DNA of 64,000 bases. Origin: Amoeboaphelidium protococcarum X5. Taxonomy: Eukaryota > Fungi > Aphelidiomycota. Of this stretch, positions 24,544 to 39,070 are shown piece by piece. Position 1 is the first letter of the stretch. Each line of letters opens with the position of its first letter. Both the position numbers and the translations under genes were made by a program. The stretch spans positions 515,484 to 579,483 of the forward strand of contig JALDTO010000154.1 in the NCBI GenBank assembly GCA_023515725.1, read 5' to 3'. A model generated the notes under the pieces. The model worked only from the letters and a program-made list of their open reading frames with translations, did not search any database and was not told where the DNA came from.

Positions 24544-26229
24544 ATGGCACAAATTGTGAAACGTAATTCAAACTTTCACGCGGGATTGCCGAAGGATCAA
24601 CAGAAGATCTTCATCGATGCGCGGGATGAGCGTCCCAAGTCTGTTTTACAAACAGCCGAGATGATAGGAGAAACTAGCCCGGTGCTTAAAAGCAATGGTA
24701 TAGCGCCTGCAAATTTATAATATGGAGAGTAAAAGGTTCTATATAAGGTATAGGGGCTCAGTGATACAAGCCTTGTCACCAAGCATGCTGTCAGTGCCGA
24801 TGTGGTGCTTTATCAAGGTTCATCTGATGATAACAGTCCTCATGGTGCACATACTCCTCCTCCTGTGCATGTAAAAGACTTGACTCGTATAAGCGATGAC
24901 ACAAATAGTGCTAGGAGATCAAGTGATGTGAGCACTATTGGGCTGTTACCCAACATGGCATCGACGGCATCTACACCAGATCGTGACACTCTGAGGAAGA
25001 ACACTTAACTGCCTCCGGTGACAGATATTCAAGCTACTGTTACTGCGAATGGAGAACAAATTATCAATGGATAGCGGTATGTCAATGATCCACTAATGAG
25101 TAAGCAGCGACTGGAAAGTTCAGGTTATCAAGGATTGGTATTTACTCCTTCTCCGAAGAAGATCAAAGCGTTCAACAACACAACTGGCCTCCAGTACACT
25201 CTGCAATGGCCGAATCGCCTCATTAAATCCTTATTTAGAGCCCTGATATTTTCCAAGATGCCTGATGATAGAGCTGTCATTGGATTGGTTGAAAACACAG
25301 CTCTAGTTCTGCTTGTATAACCCAATCGCGATCTAGTAAGCTTCCCGGACGCCAAGTACTTGGTAGATGTTCCTCTGTTTAAGGTTAATCTCTTTGACAC
25401 CAAGACTCAATTCAGAAGCTTTAAAATGCTATTTAGTGATGAAAAAGTGCTATCCTTTGTAGTAAATGGTGCTGAAACTAAAGACTACCGAGTCATGATG
25501 TCTGTGCTGAGCATGTATGGCTCCTTCTCTCACCACACCAAGATCCATGTTGCCAGCTCAACGTTTCTGAACATTATTGACGAACCGAACGAGAACGCTA
25601 AACTGACGCCCGAGATCAGAGAAGTTGTGCAGAAGGAGCTGAAGCCGGAAGTTGCAATGACCACCGAGGCTTTACATCGGGCCTTGCTTACACTTAACTT
25701 CTCTCCCATCGCTAGCGCTGTCATGGATTCTGAGGGAGTATACCACATTGATCCTCAGACTGGGCAATCTTGGTTGAATTACACGATTGCCGAGCGAGAA
25801 TCTGTGATTGAAGAAGGCAAAAACTGGGCCGCGTTTACTCATCAAGGACTTGTCACCATGTCTCATAAACCATTTGTACAGTGGCTGAACAAAGCGCGTC
25901 AGATCTGCAAAGAAGAATTGCGTGCCATCGGACTGGAGCATTTGCTGTCCAGTTTCTTCTCTCACACAGTGCTGCACTCTATTGATCACATCAATTTCGC
26001 AATTTATGGTGGCCCGTACATTTGCTCCTACAATATCGAAGATTACTCTTTTAAGAAGCGTTTCAAGACTGAGACCTTTAAAGAATAATTCATCACTCCG
26101 TCATCTTGGTTCATGACTCCAAACTATATTAAAGGTGGGCGGAGTTAGTTTTGGAAACGTCTGTACAAAAGATTATACGAGTTGGATCCCAAGCGCGCGC
26201 GTTATTTAAACGCTAGTGTGATGTACTGA
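24544..26229 (+). CDS. Hypothetical protein with lipoxygenase-like metal-ligand spacing
   Basis: 561-aa open frame; HHTKIH, HSIDH, C-terminal NASVMY. Confidence 0.6.
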
Positions 26230-26523
26230 TCCATTTTCGATAAGATGACTGAGATCAACTACTACCGGTTAACAAGAAAGACACAGATGATCTAAATGTG
26301 TAATTGAATATAATTTTTCTTTTATGGATTTCGCATTAATCTTAAGATTTGCATTTAACATTAAGACTTTACAGCTCTAAGAGCGCGTTCAGGATTCAAG
26401 GGATGCTTTTTTGACAGAGCAGATCTGGATGAATCACAAATAGTTTACGCTTATGTGAAACAAGTGTGATTACATCACCATTACCTTAGCAGATAACGCA
26501 ATTTATTATCGCCTTTCTTTTAT

Positions 26524-27402
26524 ATGACATAACAAAGTAGCATGAAAGTGTAGAAATTCACCAGGTGTTTGGTTCATCCTAAACGAGAAGACTAAGTCAA
26601 AGGCAAGAGGGCTTGCATTTTGATCAATGGCATTTTTTCGATTGATGAACGTAAAAAGTTCATCGATATGACAGTTATTGACTCACTACTGCGACATGAT
26701 GTCTATGATTAAGTGTACCTCGTCCCTAATGATACAATACCGTATCAAGTTTGGTTCTTGATGAATGATATGCTGATTGAAACAAGTGGCAATTTGCTAT
26801 TGCTCGCTGGCAAGTACCGCGAGTATCTATCGAAGGGCGTGATACAAGGCACAGCATTGATTTTTGTGATATCCTCATTCTGCTATTTGGCAAAGAAGGC
26901 TAAGGGATCCTTATTCCAACTGGTTGGAGACTTCTTTTTGACATTTCGGGCCTATTTGACCCTTAAAGCTCTGTCTGTTGTGAGCCGACATAAGCAGTAG
27001 TTGGACCAAATCTTAAGTGAAATTTTACATGATGATCAGAACACGGAAGTGGACTTTATCGCGCATAGTCACGGTGGCATGGTCTTGAACCGTCTAATAC
27101 ATGACCACTAATCAGTGAGACAACTATTGTAGTAGCATCGAGATAGAGTAAAATTGATCTACATGGGTTCGCCTGAGTGTCCATAAGGTGCTGCAGCAGA
27201 ATTGGAGTGTAAAGTTTACAGATTCCCAGGAGATCTAATAGCTGGCATATATAGCGGTGCAAGAGACGCGATACTAATCAAACAAGATCCTGTATAGTTG
27301 CTCCGTTAGATTAAAGATCCAATGTATTTTCACGTTTTACCCACTTACGCCAAATACATTTGGTAGATAGCTGATGATGCTTAAAAGCGGTCGGAGCAAT
27401 GA
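26524..27402 (+). CDS. Alpha/beta-hydrolase fold protein
   Basis: CILINGIF, VDFIAHSHGG nucleophile elbow, GDLI, YFH; hydrophobic insert. Confidence 0.7.
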
Positions 27403-27524
27403 TAAATTTCATGATAACTGTACAATATATATCTTTTATCCTCATGAAGTATATTTAAGACGTTTCACCTCATTTTTCGGATAAGAGGAAGTATGAATAT
27501 AGTTCGAATGAGCACAGCTATTAC

Positions 27525-30182
27525 TCAGAATATAAAGTACTCGCTAGATAGTGGTACTTAAGAAGTTGGCTCTACGCGAATAACTTTGCCATCAACTTTC
27601 ACCTGAAATGTTTCCGGATCAACCTCAATTTTTGGGGTAAAATTGTTCAACTTCATATCAGCCTTGGTGACGGATCGACACTTTTCAACTGCAACAACCT
27701 TCTTCTAAAGACCGTATTTGCGAGCGATATCCCCCTTATGTAGTGAATGTTTAGACACAAACGTTAGACAATTAGAATTCTCTCCCGATTAAACAACACT
27801 AGGACTAGCACCAAACATGGGCCTCATGAAAGATGGCTGTGGTGTTGGTATACTTGCATTAGGATCACCAACTTGCGCGTAAGTAACAACACCACCCTTA
27901 AATACCACTTCAGGCTTGACTCCAAAGAATTCGGGCTTCCACAACACTAGATCTGCCAATTTACCAACTTCAACAGAGCCAACATGATGTGCCACTCCAT
28001 GAGCAAGTGCAGGATTGATAGTATATTTGGCTACATATCGTTTTACTCTGAAATTATCATTGCCTTTAGGACTAGATACACCATCCGGCAAAAGTTCACC
28101 GCACACTTCCTTCATTTTGTGTGCAGTTTACCACGTCCGGATAATGACTTCTCCAATACGTCCCATAGCCTAAGAATCACTCGAGATAATACTTATTGCA
28201 CCGACATCCTGCAGATAATCTTCAGCGCCAATAGTCTCACCTCTAATTCTGCTCTCAGCAAAGGCGACATCTTCTGGAATGTTCTTGTTCAAATGATGAC
28301 AAACCATCAACATATCAAGATGTTCATCGACAGTATTCACAGTGTACGGTCTGGTGGGATTAGTTGACGAAGGAATAACATAAGGGAAAGAGCAGCATTC
28401 AATGATATCAGGTACATGACCACCGCCTGCGCCTTCTGAGTGATAGAAATGGATAGTGCGCCCTTTAATAGCCATCAGCGTTTAACTAAGGAATCCAGAT
28501 TCATTTAAAGTATCAGTATGTATAGTACACTAAACATCATATTTATCACACGCAGACAGGCAAGTATCTATTGCAGATGGTGTGGATCCCCAATCTTCGT
28601 GCAACTTCAAACCAATAGCACCAGCTTCAATCTATTCAATAAGTGGCTCAATGCAGCTTGAATTTCCCTTACCTGTTAAGCCAATATTAAGCGGAAAATT
28701 ATCAACTGCTTAGAGCATTGTTCGGATATGAAACTTGCCCGGTGTGCATGTAGTGGCACAAGTTCCCGTGTTTATTCCAGTACCACCACCAATGAGTGTT
28801 GTAAGACCGGAGCAAATGGCAGTCTCCATCAACTGTGGACATATGAAATGAACATGTGTATCAATTCCACCCGCGGTCAGTATCTTTCCCTCGCCACTCA
28901 TAATCTCTGTGCAAACGCCTATAACCATTCCAGGGGAGACTTTCATCGTTGATGGATTACCAGCTTTTCCAATAGCACGAATCTTACCATCTTTTACGCC
29001 AACATCTGCTTTGTATATACCGGTATAGTCAATAATCACACAATTTGTAATACACAAATCCAGAGGCCCACCATAACACTCGGCGCAATCTTTCAAAATC
29101 CCTATACCCCCGTCGTCATTAATCAGTCCACACTGGCACATTCCTTCGCGTATACCTTTACCTCCCCCAAATACACATTCATCACCATAGCCAAACTAGG
29201 CACATAAATCTTTTTCAATCTCAACGACGAGATTAGTATCTGCTAATCGCATTTTTTATCCAACTGTAGGTCCATACACCTCAAAGTAATCAGACTTTGA
29301 TATTCTATTTTAGTCATCAACGACTTGAGGTTTAGTTTCATCATGCAGGAATCTACCAGCTGTTACCCTGTCCATAACTGTTTGTAAATCTGGTTTTGTC
29401 CACTTCTGCTATCCACCATCAAACACCAATTTCCCTAGACCATTACCGCCTTCAATAATCTTGTACTATCCAGTGTAAGAGACACAGTTGACGTACTTCT
29501 CCTCACCTGGTTCAAAGCGGACGGCACAGCCAGCCGCAATATCCAGCCTTAAAGGACCATATTCACCACTCAAAGAACTAGGATCATATGCAATGGCGCG
29601 ATTAAGTTTAAGCTGTGGATTAACTTCAAGCAATGGAAAGTGTGAGCCCACCTAAACAGCGCGATCTCCCATATTGACTACACGCATACGGACGCGCTTC
29701 TAACCTTTATTGAGCATAATCTTGGTGCTATCGTTATCGTCTTCCTTTGACTCATTCTAATCTTACACCAGCATTCTAATAGGTACATTATCTGGACAAT
29801 CCCATTCAAGTCTATTAATCCAGGCAGGCAATTTATCATCCTTCACTAAATCGGGGCAGTCAAAGAAGGCATTCTCAAAAGTAAAACACTAGAACGGGTC
29901 GTGAATAGTCACCAACTTTACGCCATCACGTAAACATATTTCAATCTGAATCTCCTTCACGATGGTAATAGCCATAGAAGTGACTTGCTTTGGTCCCAGA
30001 ATAATTCTTCCTATATCCATCAACTTGGACACTGAAAGATGATTGTGGCCAAGCAGTACATGACAGATCAGAGCCGTTGCTTCAATGTAATTCAACTACT
30101 TCTTCTTTAACAACTTGGTCTACGCCAACTTGGCAATCTAGGAAATCTAAAGTTTATCTCGTTCCTAAGGTGTCAAATGCAT
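27525..30182 (-). CDS. URE1: Urease (fused gamma-beta-alpha)
   Basis: [70 protein letters not shown]; 885 aa, intronless. Confidence 0.97.
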
Positions 30183-30557
30183 AATATACTCTATATAGTA
30201 GGATATGAGTACTATAAAGTCAACTGTTATCAACGCTGGTAAAAGAAGTCAAGAGAATGAAACGCGTAATCTTCAACAGGATCAAATGAAGCGATTTCGT
30301 TAATGAGTGTTTCAGAGAACGTTGCAAGTGAGCGTTTCTTGACTGGAAAGAATAGAACGTGCAACTAACTTTCTCTGTTCTTGGTATGACGAGCAAAAGT
30401 TCTTTTTCGTCCTGAGCTGAAACATTTTCAAAGGGCGACATACGTATTCTCAGCATGTGTCACCTTTTCTTTCTTCAAATTCTCACGATCGGCTAAAGTG
30501 TTTCATCTGTAAAATTGTGATTTGCTGGTGTCAATAATCAAAGTAAAGATAGTAGGT

Positions 30558-32057
30558 ATGAGTCAAGTGGTCAAGTTGTAGAATTTTGTTGGTGGTTAGT
30601 ATCAAGATGTTGCTGGTGGTGGTGGTGGTGGTAGTGGAGAGAATTTCTTATAAGTTTCCACACCTCATGATGGCTCGGTGATTGCCCAAGTTCCTTTGAC
30701 AGATGCAGCTGCTGTCGATGCGGCTATTCAGTCGGCACATAAGGCATATCAATCCTGGTCACAGTTGACATTAAAGTCCAGAGTTGCGTACTTGACCAAG
30801 TATCTACACCTGGTAGAGTTCAAGTACAAGGATGAACTTGCCCGTATTATTAATCTTGAACATGGAAAGACTATCCCTGAGGCTATGGCTGAGATATCCA
30901 AGGGCAATGAGACTTTGGAGTATGCGATTTCACTGTAGAACTAGAAGCAAGGTAATCATATGGAAGTATCTCGCGGTGTTTTTTGCCAGGACGATAGACT
31001 ACCGCTCGGAGTTGTGGCATCTATTGTGCCGTTCAACTTTCCTTATATGGTCCCATTTTGGACTATTGGTCATGCACTGGCTTGTGGTAATACATTGATA
31101 CTCAAGCCTAGCGAGAAGGTGCCAATGACGATGAACAAGGTGGCGGCGATTTGGAAAGAGGCCGGTCTGCCTGAAGGTGTATTTACCCTCCTGAATGGCA
31201 CTAGGTAGACAGTGGAGGCCATAGTTGATCATCCACTGGTAAAAGCGGTGACTTTTGTCGGTACTAGCAATGTGGCTGAGCTGTTGTATCACCGATGCTC
31301 ATAGCTGAATAAAAGAGTACTAGCCCTGGGTGGAGCCAAGAATCACCTTGTGGCTGCACCAGATTGTGATATCTCTATGACTTCGCAGGATGTTGTGAAT
31401 AGTTTTGCCGGTTGCTCAGGCCAGAGATGTATGGCTGCCTCAGTGTTATTGGTGGTCGGTCAAGATTAAAAGCAGTTGATTGATTAGATTATATAGAAAG
31501 CGGCGGTTGTGTCTGCTGGAAAAGAGTCTGGTCAAATTGGCCCAGTTATTGATGAGATGAGCATGCAGAAGATTGTGCGTTACATCGACGAAGCAGAGTC
31601 CAAGTATGGAGCCCAAATTTTATTGGATGGTCGCAAGTGGTGTAAGGAGCACAAGAATGGCTATTGGATTGGTCCGACTGTAATGCTACACAAAAGCCAT
31701 CAAGATCCTGCAATGAAGGATGAAATATTTGGCCCAGTGCTGAGCATATTTCAGTGCGAGTCTCCGCAGTAGGCTGTTGATATTTAAAACTCGTCCCCGT
31801 ATGGTAATGCTGCAGCTATTTACACCCAAGATGCAAAGACTGCAGATTGGTATTTGAGCAGATTCGAGGCTGGTATGATGTCTGTGAATTTGGGAGTTCC
31901 AGTGCCGAGGGAGCCATTCTCATTTGGTGGTATCAAGAGAAGTAAGTTTGGATTTGTAGGTGATATCACTGGAGATTCTGCAGTGGAATTCTTCACTTGG
32001 CGCCGTAAAATCACAAAGAAGTGGGGAAAGCCTGACGTCCAAACTTGGCTAAATTGA
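30558..32057 (+). CDS. ALDH6A1: Methylmalonate/malonate-semialdehyde dehydrogenase (acylating)
   Basis: PFNFPYMVP, KPSEKVP, FVGTS, GGAKNH, GQRCMA, EIFGPV, VPVPREPFSFGG. Confidence 0.92.
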
Positions 32058-32174
32058 TGATAATATTGACAGAGACTATCTCAAACTCAGTGAATAGTAG
32101 TAAATTCTAATCAATAATATTTTGTTATCCGTGTTCAATTAAATCAATCAGTCTAAAGCCAACAAACGATATCA

Positions 32175-32894
32175 TCATTGATCAGTATCAGCTTTTTTGG
32201 TACTAGCCCATCGAGCGTTGGCTCCAGTTCGCAACTTTTGGGTTGGATTAACAAAATTAACGGAAGTACTCCGCTTTCCAATTATAGCCTCAGCTTTAGG
32301 TGCCAACTTGGGCTTCATTCTCTTGGAGCGATGATAAGGACTCATTCTAAGAGGAGACGGCGGATTAGACGGCGATTACTGAATTGGCGCATCAGGTGTT
32401 CTGGTAGAGGACGATTGACTTGCAGCAGCAGTGACCGATTTAAGATTAGAAACTTCCTATTACAGCTCTTGTATGTTCTACTCCAAGACGTTCTACTGCT
32501 AGATCTTACGAGCCATACGCCCGAGAATATCGCGCAACTGATTAGTAATATGTGAAGATTTACACTATATCGTCCATTGATCAGTGACACCTTTTACAGT
32601 CAACCTCAGATCGCCATCCCTTTCAACACTAACAAAAAACTGTCCAGTTGTTATAGCTTTCATAAATTAATCACCTTCAACCGCGGATTAAAATTACTTT
32701 TCGGCGCAATACAAACTTGATACTCCATCTGTAATTTGAATTTTAATTGATATTAAATCCTCTAACTCGTTATCATTATTATTATCATCATTATTAGTAG
32801 AAGTTCCCTGATATGGCACATCTATACACTCAATGATCCAAAACTTTTATAAATCAATCTAATCATAAATTAAATTATAACAACAACTACTCAT
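32175..32894 (-). CDS. XRCC4/PAXX-like protein (putative)
   Basis: 239 aa: beta-rich head (IKIQITDGVSSLY), coiled coil, S/P-rich linker, tail SVNFVNPTQKLR. Confidence 0.5.
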
Positions 32895-33218
32895 TATACA
32901 ATTAACTTAAAACTGCAAGTATCCAAAATTAAATTATTAATGTGACTTTGCCAAATTGATACTTTCCAAAAATGTGTGTCTTTTATATCAAAATTTTGCG
33001 CCTACTGTTATCTGATGAGGAAAAAAGGAATCTGATTCAATAGGCTGTTTTAATAGACATGCCTCTTGTATATCAACCTCCGCCTCGAATAAGATTAATA
33101 CGCTTTTGAAAATGAGGGATGGAGCTATAGTTTGGATAAACCCTCGTGTGGGCTGTTGGTAAATGTCATGTTTTCAGGCTGTTACTCAATCCCCCTTTTT
33201 CTACAGTGATGTTGAACA

Positions 33219-35086
33219 ATGAGCGCGACACTGCTGACTGTTTTGGCGCCTAATCGCATATGGACCCATGATGGCCTTAAAGATTGGATGGTGATCCAAG
33301 ATGGTAAAGTTTTAGATATTGGACTAGCACATGAACCCGATGTGTGGCAGTATGAAAGTGATGGTAAATCAAAATTGAAATATGGCGCCAGTTTGTGTCA
33401 ACGTCTAGTAGTGGATGATAATCTGTTCGTACTCCCCGCGTTTACAGACTCGCATATACATGTGTAAATATTAGGTGAGAGTCTTTCTAGTCTGGCAGTT
33501 GACATGGCTGACATTAAATCTGTCTAGTAGCTTGATGAATATCTGCACAAGTTGCATTCCGATCACCCAGAGTTTCGCGTATTATCTGCTAGTGGTAAGT
33601 CTAATAATCAGTTAAGATTCACCTACTGAATATTATTATTAAATCAACCTTTTGCGTTCTTGTAGGCTGGAATGAATCTCGAGTGGAAATCTCTAGAGAG
33701 TTATTGGATTCAATGTCTATTTCTTGGGATATGCCTGTGGTGGTGTTTAGAAGCTGTCTTCATGAATGTATTGTGAACAGCAAAGCACTGGAACTCTTCG
33801 GTTTACTCTCTCCTGAAGGTTTCACCACTAACCTTCGCGTTGCTGATGGCGATCACGATGTACAAGATCTGCACCTGCAACAGCTACGAAGTTTCTTTGC
33901 CAGGCATTTAGATTCCTCAGTTCTCATTGGAAGAGATTAGAGTAATAATCTTAACGGAATTCTGAAAGAATCTGCATTGTTTGAAGTGAAAAAGTTCATC
34001 TATCTCTCGTATCCTGATCATGTGAAGCAATAGATTTTCAGAGGCGGTGCTAAGGAGTGTCTCAGACATGGTGTATCCTCAGTGCAAACCAACGACTTTT
34101 ACGGTGCTTGGAATGTATGGAAATCGCTGATTGACGATGATAATATCATAATGCCGTTGCGAATCCATCTCACCGTCCCGTATGACGAGACTCTGCCTGA
34201 TAGTCCATTTTATATACCTAAACTGTATCCCGGAATCTCGCACAAGGGATAGCTATTCTGCGATCGCGTCAAGTTATTTGCAGATGGAAGCTTGGGAGCA
34301 AAGACTGCTGCACTGGGAAAACATTATCATAAATGTAATCATTCGGGTCATTTGTCACTCACTGTGGAGGAACTGTTTGCTCGCGTCAAAGATGCTCATG
34401 ATCGCGGGTGGCGATTGGAGGTTCATGCGATAGGTGATTATGCTGCCTCGGTTGTCTTGGATGCTTTTGAAAATGCAGGCGTCACTCGTGAGCATCGTCA
34501 TATACTGACACACTGTTAGGTGCTCACCTAAAGCCTTATCGAGCGCATGGCCAAGATGGGTGTGATTGCCAATATCCAGCCGTCATTTGTCACTTCAGAT
34601 GCACCTCATTTGAAGTAGATTCTCGGCACTGACCAAGAGCGTCTAAAGTACTGCTATGCTTGGAAATCATTATGGGATGCTGGAGTGGTATGCGCTGGTG
34701 GATCCGATGCTCCAGTTGAGAGTTGTGATCCATTGCTTGGTATAACAGCTTCAATATTTCGTACCTACGACGATCCAGAATCACTCAGCCGCTAGGAGGT
34801 TTTGGCAGGTTTTACCGAGGACGCAGAATACGTATATAAATCCGCATGCTTCAACGAAGAGTAGACTCTAACCTATGAATAGTCAATCATAATGTACACG
34901 ACTAATGGCGCATACGCTTGCCGTAAAGACGATGAATATAGTTAGTTGAAAGTTGGATCATGCGCCGATTTCATTGTGGTTGATACCATGATTTGGGATA
35001 TAGATCTAAATGAAGAACAACTATCCGCGAGCAAATTAAAGCAACTGTGGATTGGTGGTAAGTAGGTGGATATGGATGCACTATGA
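33219..35086 (+). CDS. Amidohydrolase 3 family (YtcJ/LAF3-like)
   Basis: PAFTDSHIH, VKLFADGSLGAKTAAL, VHAIGD, THCQ, GGSDAPV; intron 33595-33665. Confidence 0.9.
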
Positions 35087-35122
35087 TAAGATTTGAATCT
35101 AGTGTAAATAGATAAAGATAAT

Positions 35123-36793
35123 TCATATCTTTATAATACATGAGAGTCTATCAAATAGCATTGCCAAATGTAATTCTCCCCCAGCAGCTGTTAGCTTTCG
35201 CAGCAATTCTACCAGAACTTTTATGGTTTAATTTGACTGATATGCAGTCGACATGATATCTTTCTCTATTACCACAACATCTCCATATTCTTGTATAAAT
35301 GTAAAGCACTGATCGAATAATTGATGCATAACAGACACTAAATCAGTATCAGTCACCAGGGCAGAATCCAAGCAGTCACTCAAGAATCTGTGATGAGATA
35401 TTTGCAATTGCGACAGACTGACAACCTTCTCAGGATTATCAAGTGTCTACTAAATTTAAATCAATTAAGATTGGAATTATTAGACATGTGATTTAAGCTA
35501 GTCCGCAATATGATTCTATATAACAGAGAGAGCCTGGAGCAGAGTAGACAATGCCAGCCAAGTGTCGCGTTATAAGCTATCGTTGACTTCATTAAGCAGA
35601 TTAGATACAGCGAAAATCGATGCATTGATATACAACATCTAACGAAACACCAAGTCATAAGATCTAAATGCATTGAGAGGAAATAAAACTTCAAGAGGAC
35701 CATCAACTTTCATTCGCAGTCCCAGTCTCAAGAAATATCTCTATTAATTTTACTACTTGACAGATGAATGTTTACCCATCATGAGGAAGAGCATTTCACT
35801 CAGCGAACTACCGCAGTCATAAAGCATATCCCCACCTAGGTACTGATACAATCCAATTCTACCATTAGGCAACATTATATCTGTAAAATCGTGTTAAAAC
35901 CACTTTATAACTTCTACGCTGTCCATCATGAAATACTTGGTCACAATGTCATCAAACTTTTAAATCAGCTAGCAGTCTTTAAACAGAATACCCAAAATTT
36001 TTGAATTCAACCACTAATATTAATCTATAACCATCTTGAATAATTGATCAAGATTGGATTACTCAAAGCGTTGCGGTTGTGATAGCAAAGTAAACTATTG
36101 AGCTTCATCTCGTTATATCGAACCTTGCAGCATATTATGCAACCTTTAAATGTCTTGGACTTGATTTAACAACTGTTATGGAAATAGACTACATTAAAAA
36201 TCCTATGCCATAAAGTTGTGACTCTAGCCCTGCAAAATTGCGAGAATAGACTTTACAACGGGCTGAATTGCTTCATTCAAGAGCTTCTGGTATACTTCCT
36301 TCTAAAATTGAGGCCCGGTTGCCTCATAATCAAATCTAATTATATCCAGAATCTGTCCATTCTATGTACTCTACTTCACTTTAGAATAGGTCTAGTACAA
36401 AGATCCAATAATGTCATTCAACTAGTACTCTGAAATCTAATTTAAATCGACATTCTTCATCCTATGAATAGTTAAATCCAAACTTGACATGCTACTATTT
36501 CTGGAATTATTATTATTATAGTAAACAACTTGAGATTACTTGAGCTAAGTATCTACAGCCTGATGAAGTAGCTCATCCAATACCACGGCCAGACCATTAG
36601 AGCATCCATTCCACATCAAACTCTCGCTCCTCTCAGCTTCCCACAAGAGCAACTAGTTCAACTTTTCATAGCAATTACATTTAACTAAAGCCCGCATAGC
36701 ACACAGAGCGGATAAATGATGAGATGACCTTTCAACAGACTGTGACAGGTGCCGAGAATGAGACTGCTGTGTCTATTACTCTGCACCGAGCAT
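35123..36793 (-). CDS. Divergent gamma-tubulin complex component (Spc97/Spc98 family)
   Basis: 556-aa helical frame; KYFMMD, LSQLQISHHRFLSDCLDSALV..MHQLFDQC resemble GCP GRIP2. Confidence 0.55.
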
Positions 36794-37554
36794 AATCGTG
36801 TTCAATCGCGGACGGGCCACAGTGAATGAAACGAGACGAGAAAAATTAGAGATCTAAAGAGGGCGCCCGAACGTTTCATTTCAAACTCACTGTTTCACTT
36901 GACATCAGATCCTCAAAGAATGACTGACACGTCTCACCTACTGTACAGTATACTGTATGTATTAGCGCTTCGATCTTATGCGGTGAAGGGTATTGCCATA
37001 TTTGATAGTAATGTGTTTGATCGTGTAGTATTTTCGAAAATGGTCGAACCTTTTATACAGATGTGTCGACTAGCTTTAAGTCATACAATAAAATCGAATA
37101 TTATCCCAACGATGGATTCACACAGGTCACATTATCATACGCGTGTAATTCTATCACCCGTAGTGCCTTTTGCTGGTCGGAGAAGGTAACATTTGAAATT
37201 CTCACCTCTTCCTGAATTCGTATGCCCCTTGATGTAGTAATATTATTAATGAGCTAGAAATGCTGTTGTAATTTAAATATCTAATCTGATAATATTTGGC
37301 GAATGTTTAATTCGAAGCGCTTTACTCGATGATTTGGAGTAACTATAAGCTGCTCAAATTGTATTGTGTTGTTTAGATTTGATGATCGCAACTTACAAAA
37401 CTCGTGAAATGATACATCGCATGGTACCAATTACCTCTAGTAGTAGAGATTACGTTGGACTCTACTAATCTGCCCCTGATATCGTTTAGTTTGCATTTTT
37501 TTTGGATTAACTGGCACTTATTATTGAGCAAATACATATTACATACTTAATATA

Positions 37555-38694
37555 ATGGCTGCTGGATATACACTGTTTTTCTGTTGGTTACTGCTGTGGC
37601 AAAATTGCTTCTTTCCCACGATACAGGCTGTGAGAATTGGTGCCTTCCACAATGCTGGCTCAAGCGCTATGGTCCATGGTGGTAATGCTGCTCATGACGG
37701 TGCGAATTTCGATAGTATCATCCATTAGTTTACAGGTGGTGATCGCGAGCTGTTGTCTGCTATCAAGTAGATTGCTTCCAATACTGCTCAGCGCGTGTCC
37801 TTCAGTTTAGATGGTGTGGTGGATCATCTCATCAGAATGGCTCCTAAAATGAAAGAGTAGTCTCACAGAATGATGGCTTTGGTGTAGTAGAGATTCCGTG
37901 GTAAGGATTCATTGGAGATGCTCTCTCGCTTCCTGCAGAAGGCAACAGGCTAATCTGGGTAGGCTGATGAAGTAATGTCGATTCTGTAGTCACACCAGTA
38001 AGATCCACATGGAAGTACCAGTCGTTTGGCCTAGTTTGTTAGCCAGGATATCTTCGTTGGAGACTGCATTAAATAGAGTCGTAATTTGCAGGCGTTCATA
38101 GTGGCAGCGGGGGAGAATAAAAATTATTAGGATCACCTATTGTCATATCCCGAGCATGAAGCATCGGTGACATCCGTAGCACCAAAGATCTTGTTGGCTC
38201 TTTGGTTTGCGTCCATGTTCGTATCCTTCACTACACACCGAAAGTCAATGTATGCTCTAGCGTCTACATACCGCGTCCTGTTAGTTTCATTCCTCTTTGT
38301 CTACGCTGCAATTACCGTGGGGTTCACGACTACAGATATGGTTAAAATCGGTTCGGTGATTATGATGGGGGTTTTTTCCATCCTATTGATAGCAATGGAA
38401 GCTTATGGTGCTAAAACTTAATTTTATCATATTGATTACCTGATTTTAAAAGGTAGATAGAACGCAATTGACAGGGCCGTAGCTGCGGCAGTTTCATCGA
38501 GCCAGGATGGACATTCTGTACGTCAGCTTGAGTTACCTGATTAGCATTTGGCTTCTCCACGCTTTCACCCAACTATTGAAAACATTGCTGAACTTGGTCA
38601 GGATAGAATTTTGCAACCTTAGATGGATTAGCCTAACATGTAGCCCCAAGAAAGTGGTTATACACAAAGCATTGCAGACGAGTACTGGTATTGA
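37555..38694 (+). CDS. Signal peptide plus multi-TM protein, paralog A
   Basis: MAAGYTLFFCWLLLWQNCFFPTIQA; about three C-terminal TM helices; paralog at 44713-45906. Confidence 0.75.
37702..37853 (+). repeat. 152-bp inverted repeat, copy 1
   Basis: 151/152 identical to the reverse complement of 45593-45744. Confidence 0.92.
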
Positions 38695-39070
38695 GAAGTT
38701 TAGATTGAAAGAACGAATAGCCATAATTTGAAAACGTTGATAGATAAAATTTCTTTTCCGATATTCCACTTTGTTTTGCTTCTGTGACGTACTGTACAGT
38801 AGTCATTGCGGGGATCATTGGGTAATTAATTATTCAGATACTGATTCAGCAGAGATTGCACATCAGGCTTTCAAGAAATACCAACGCCTAGCCTAATGAT
38901 GCTTCCTGATGTACTTAGAGTCTCTTTACCACCCAAACCCCAATATCTTCCGGTGCTTGTTTATCAACTTAGGCCAATTGCCTGTCTTCATTACCCGCTG
39001 ATGGTCTGATTTCGCCTGCTCTTTTTTATCAATGAGGTCTCTTTAACAACGCATATAAACTTTTTATACA

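Noticed and set aside
38863-39054. 63-aa basic minus-strand ORF
   Set aside because: Its start is only 16 bp from the amidohydrolase ATG, and it has no motif support.
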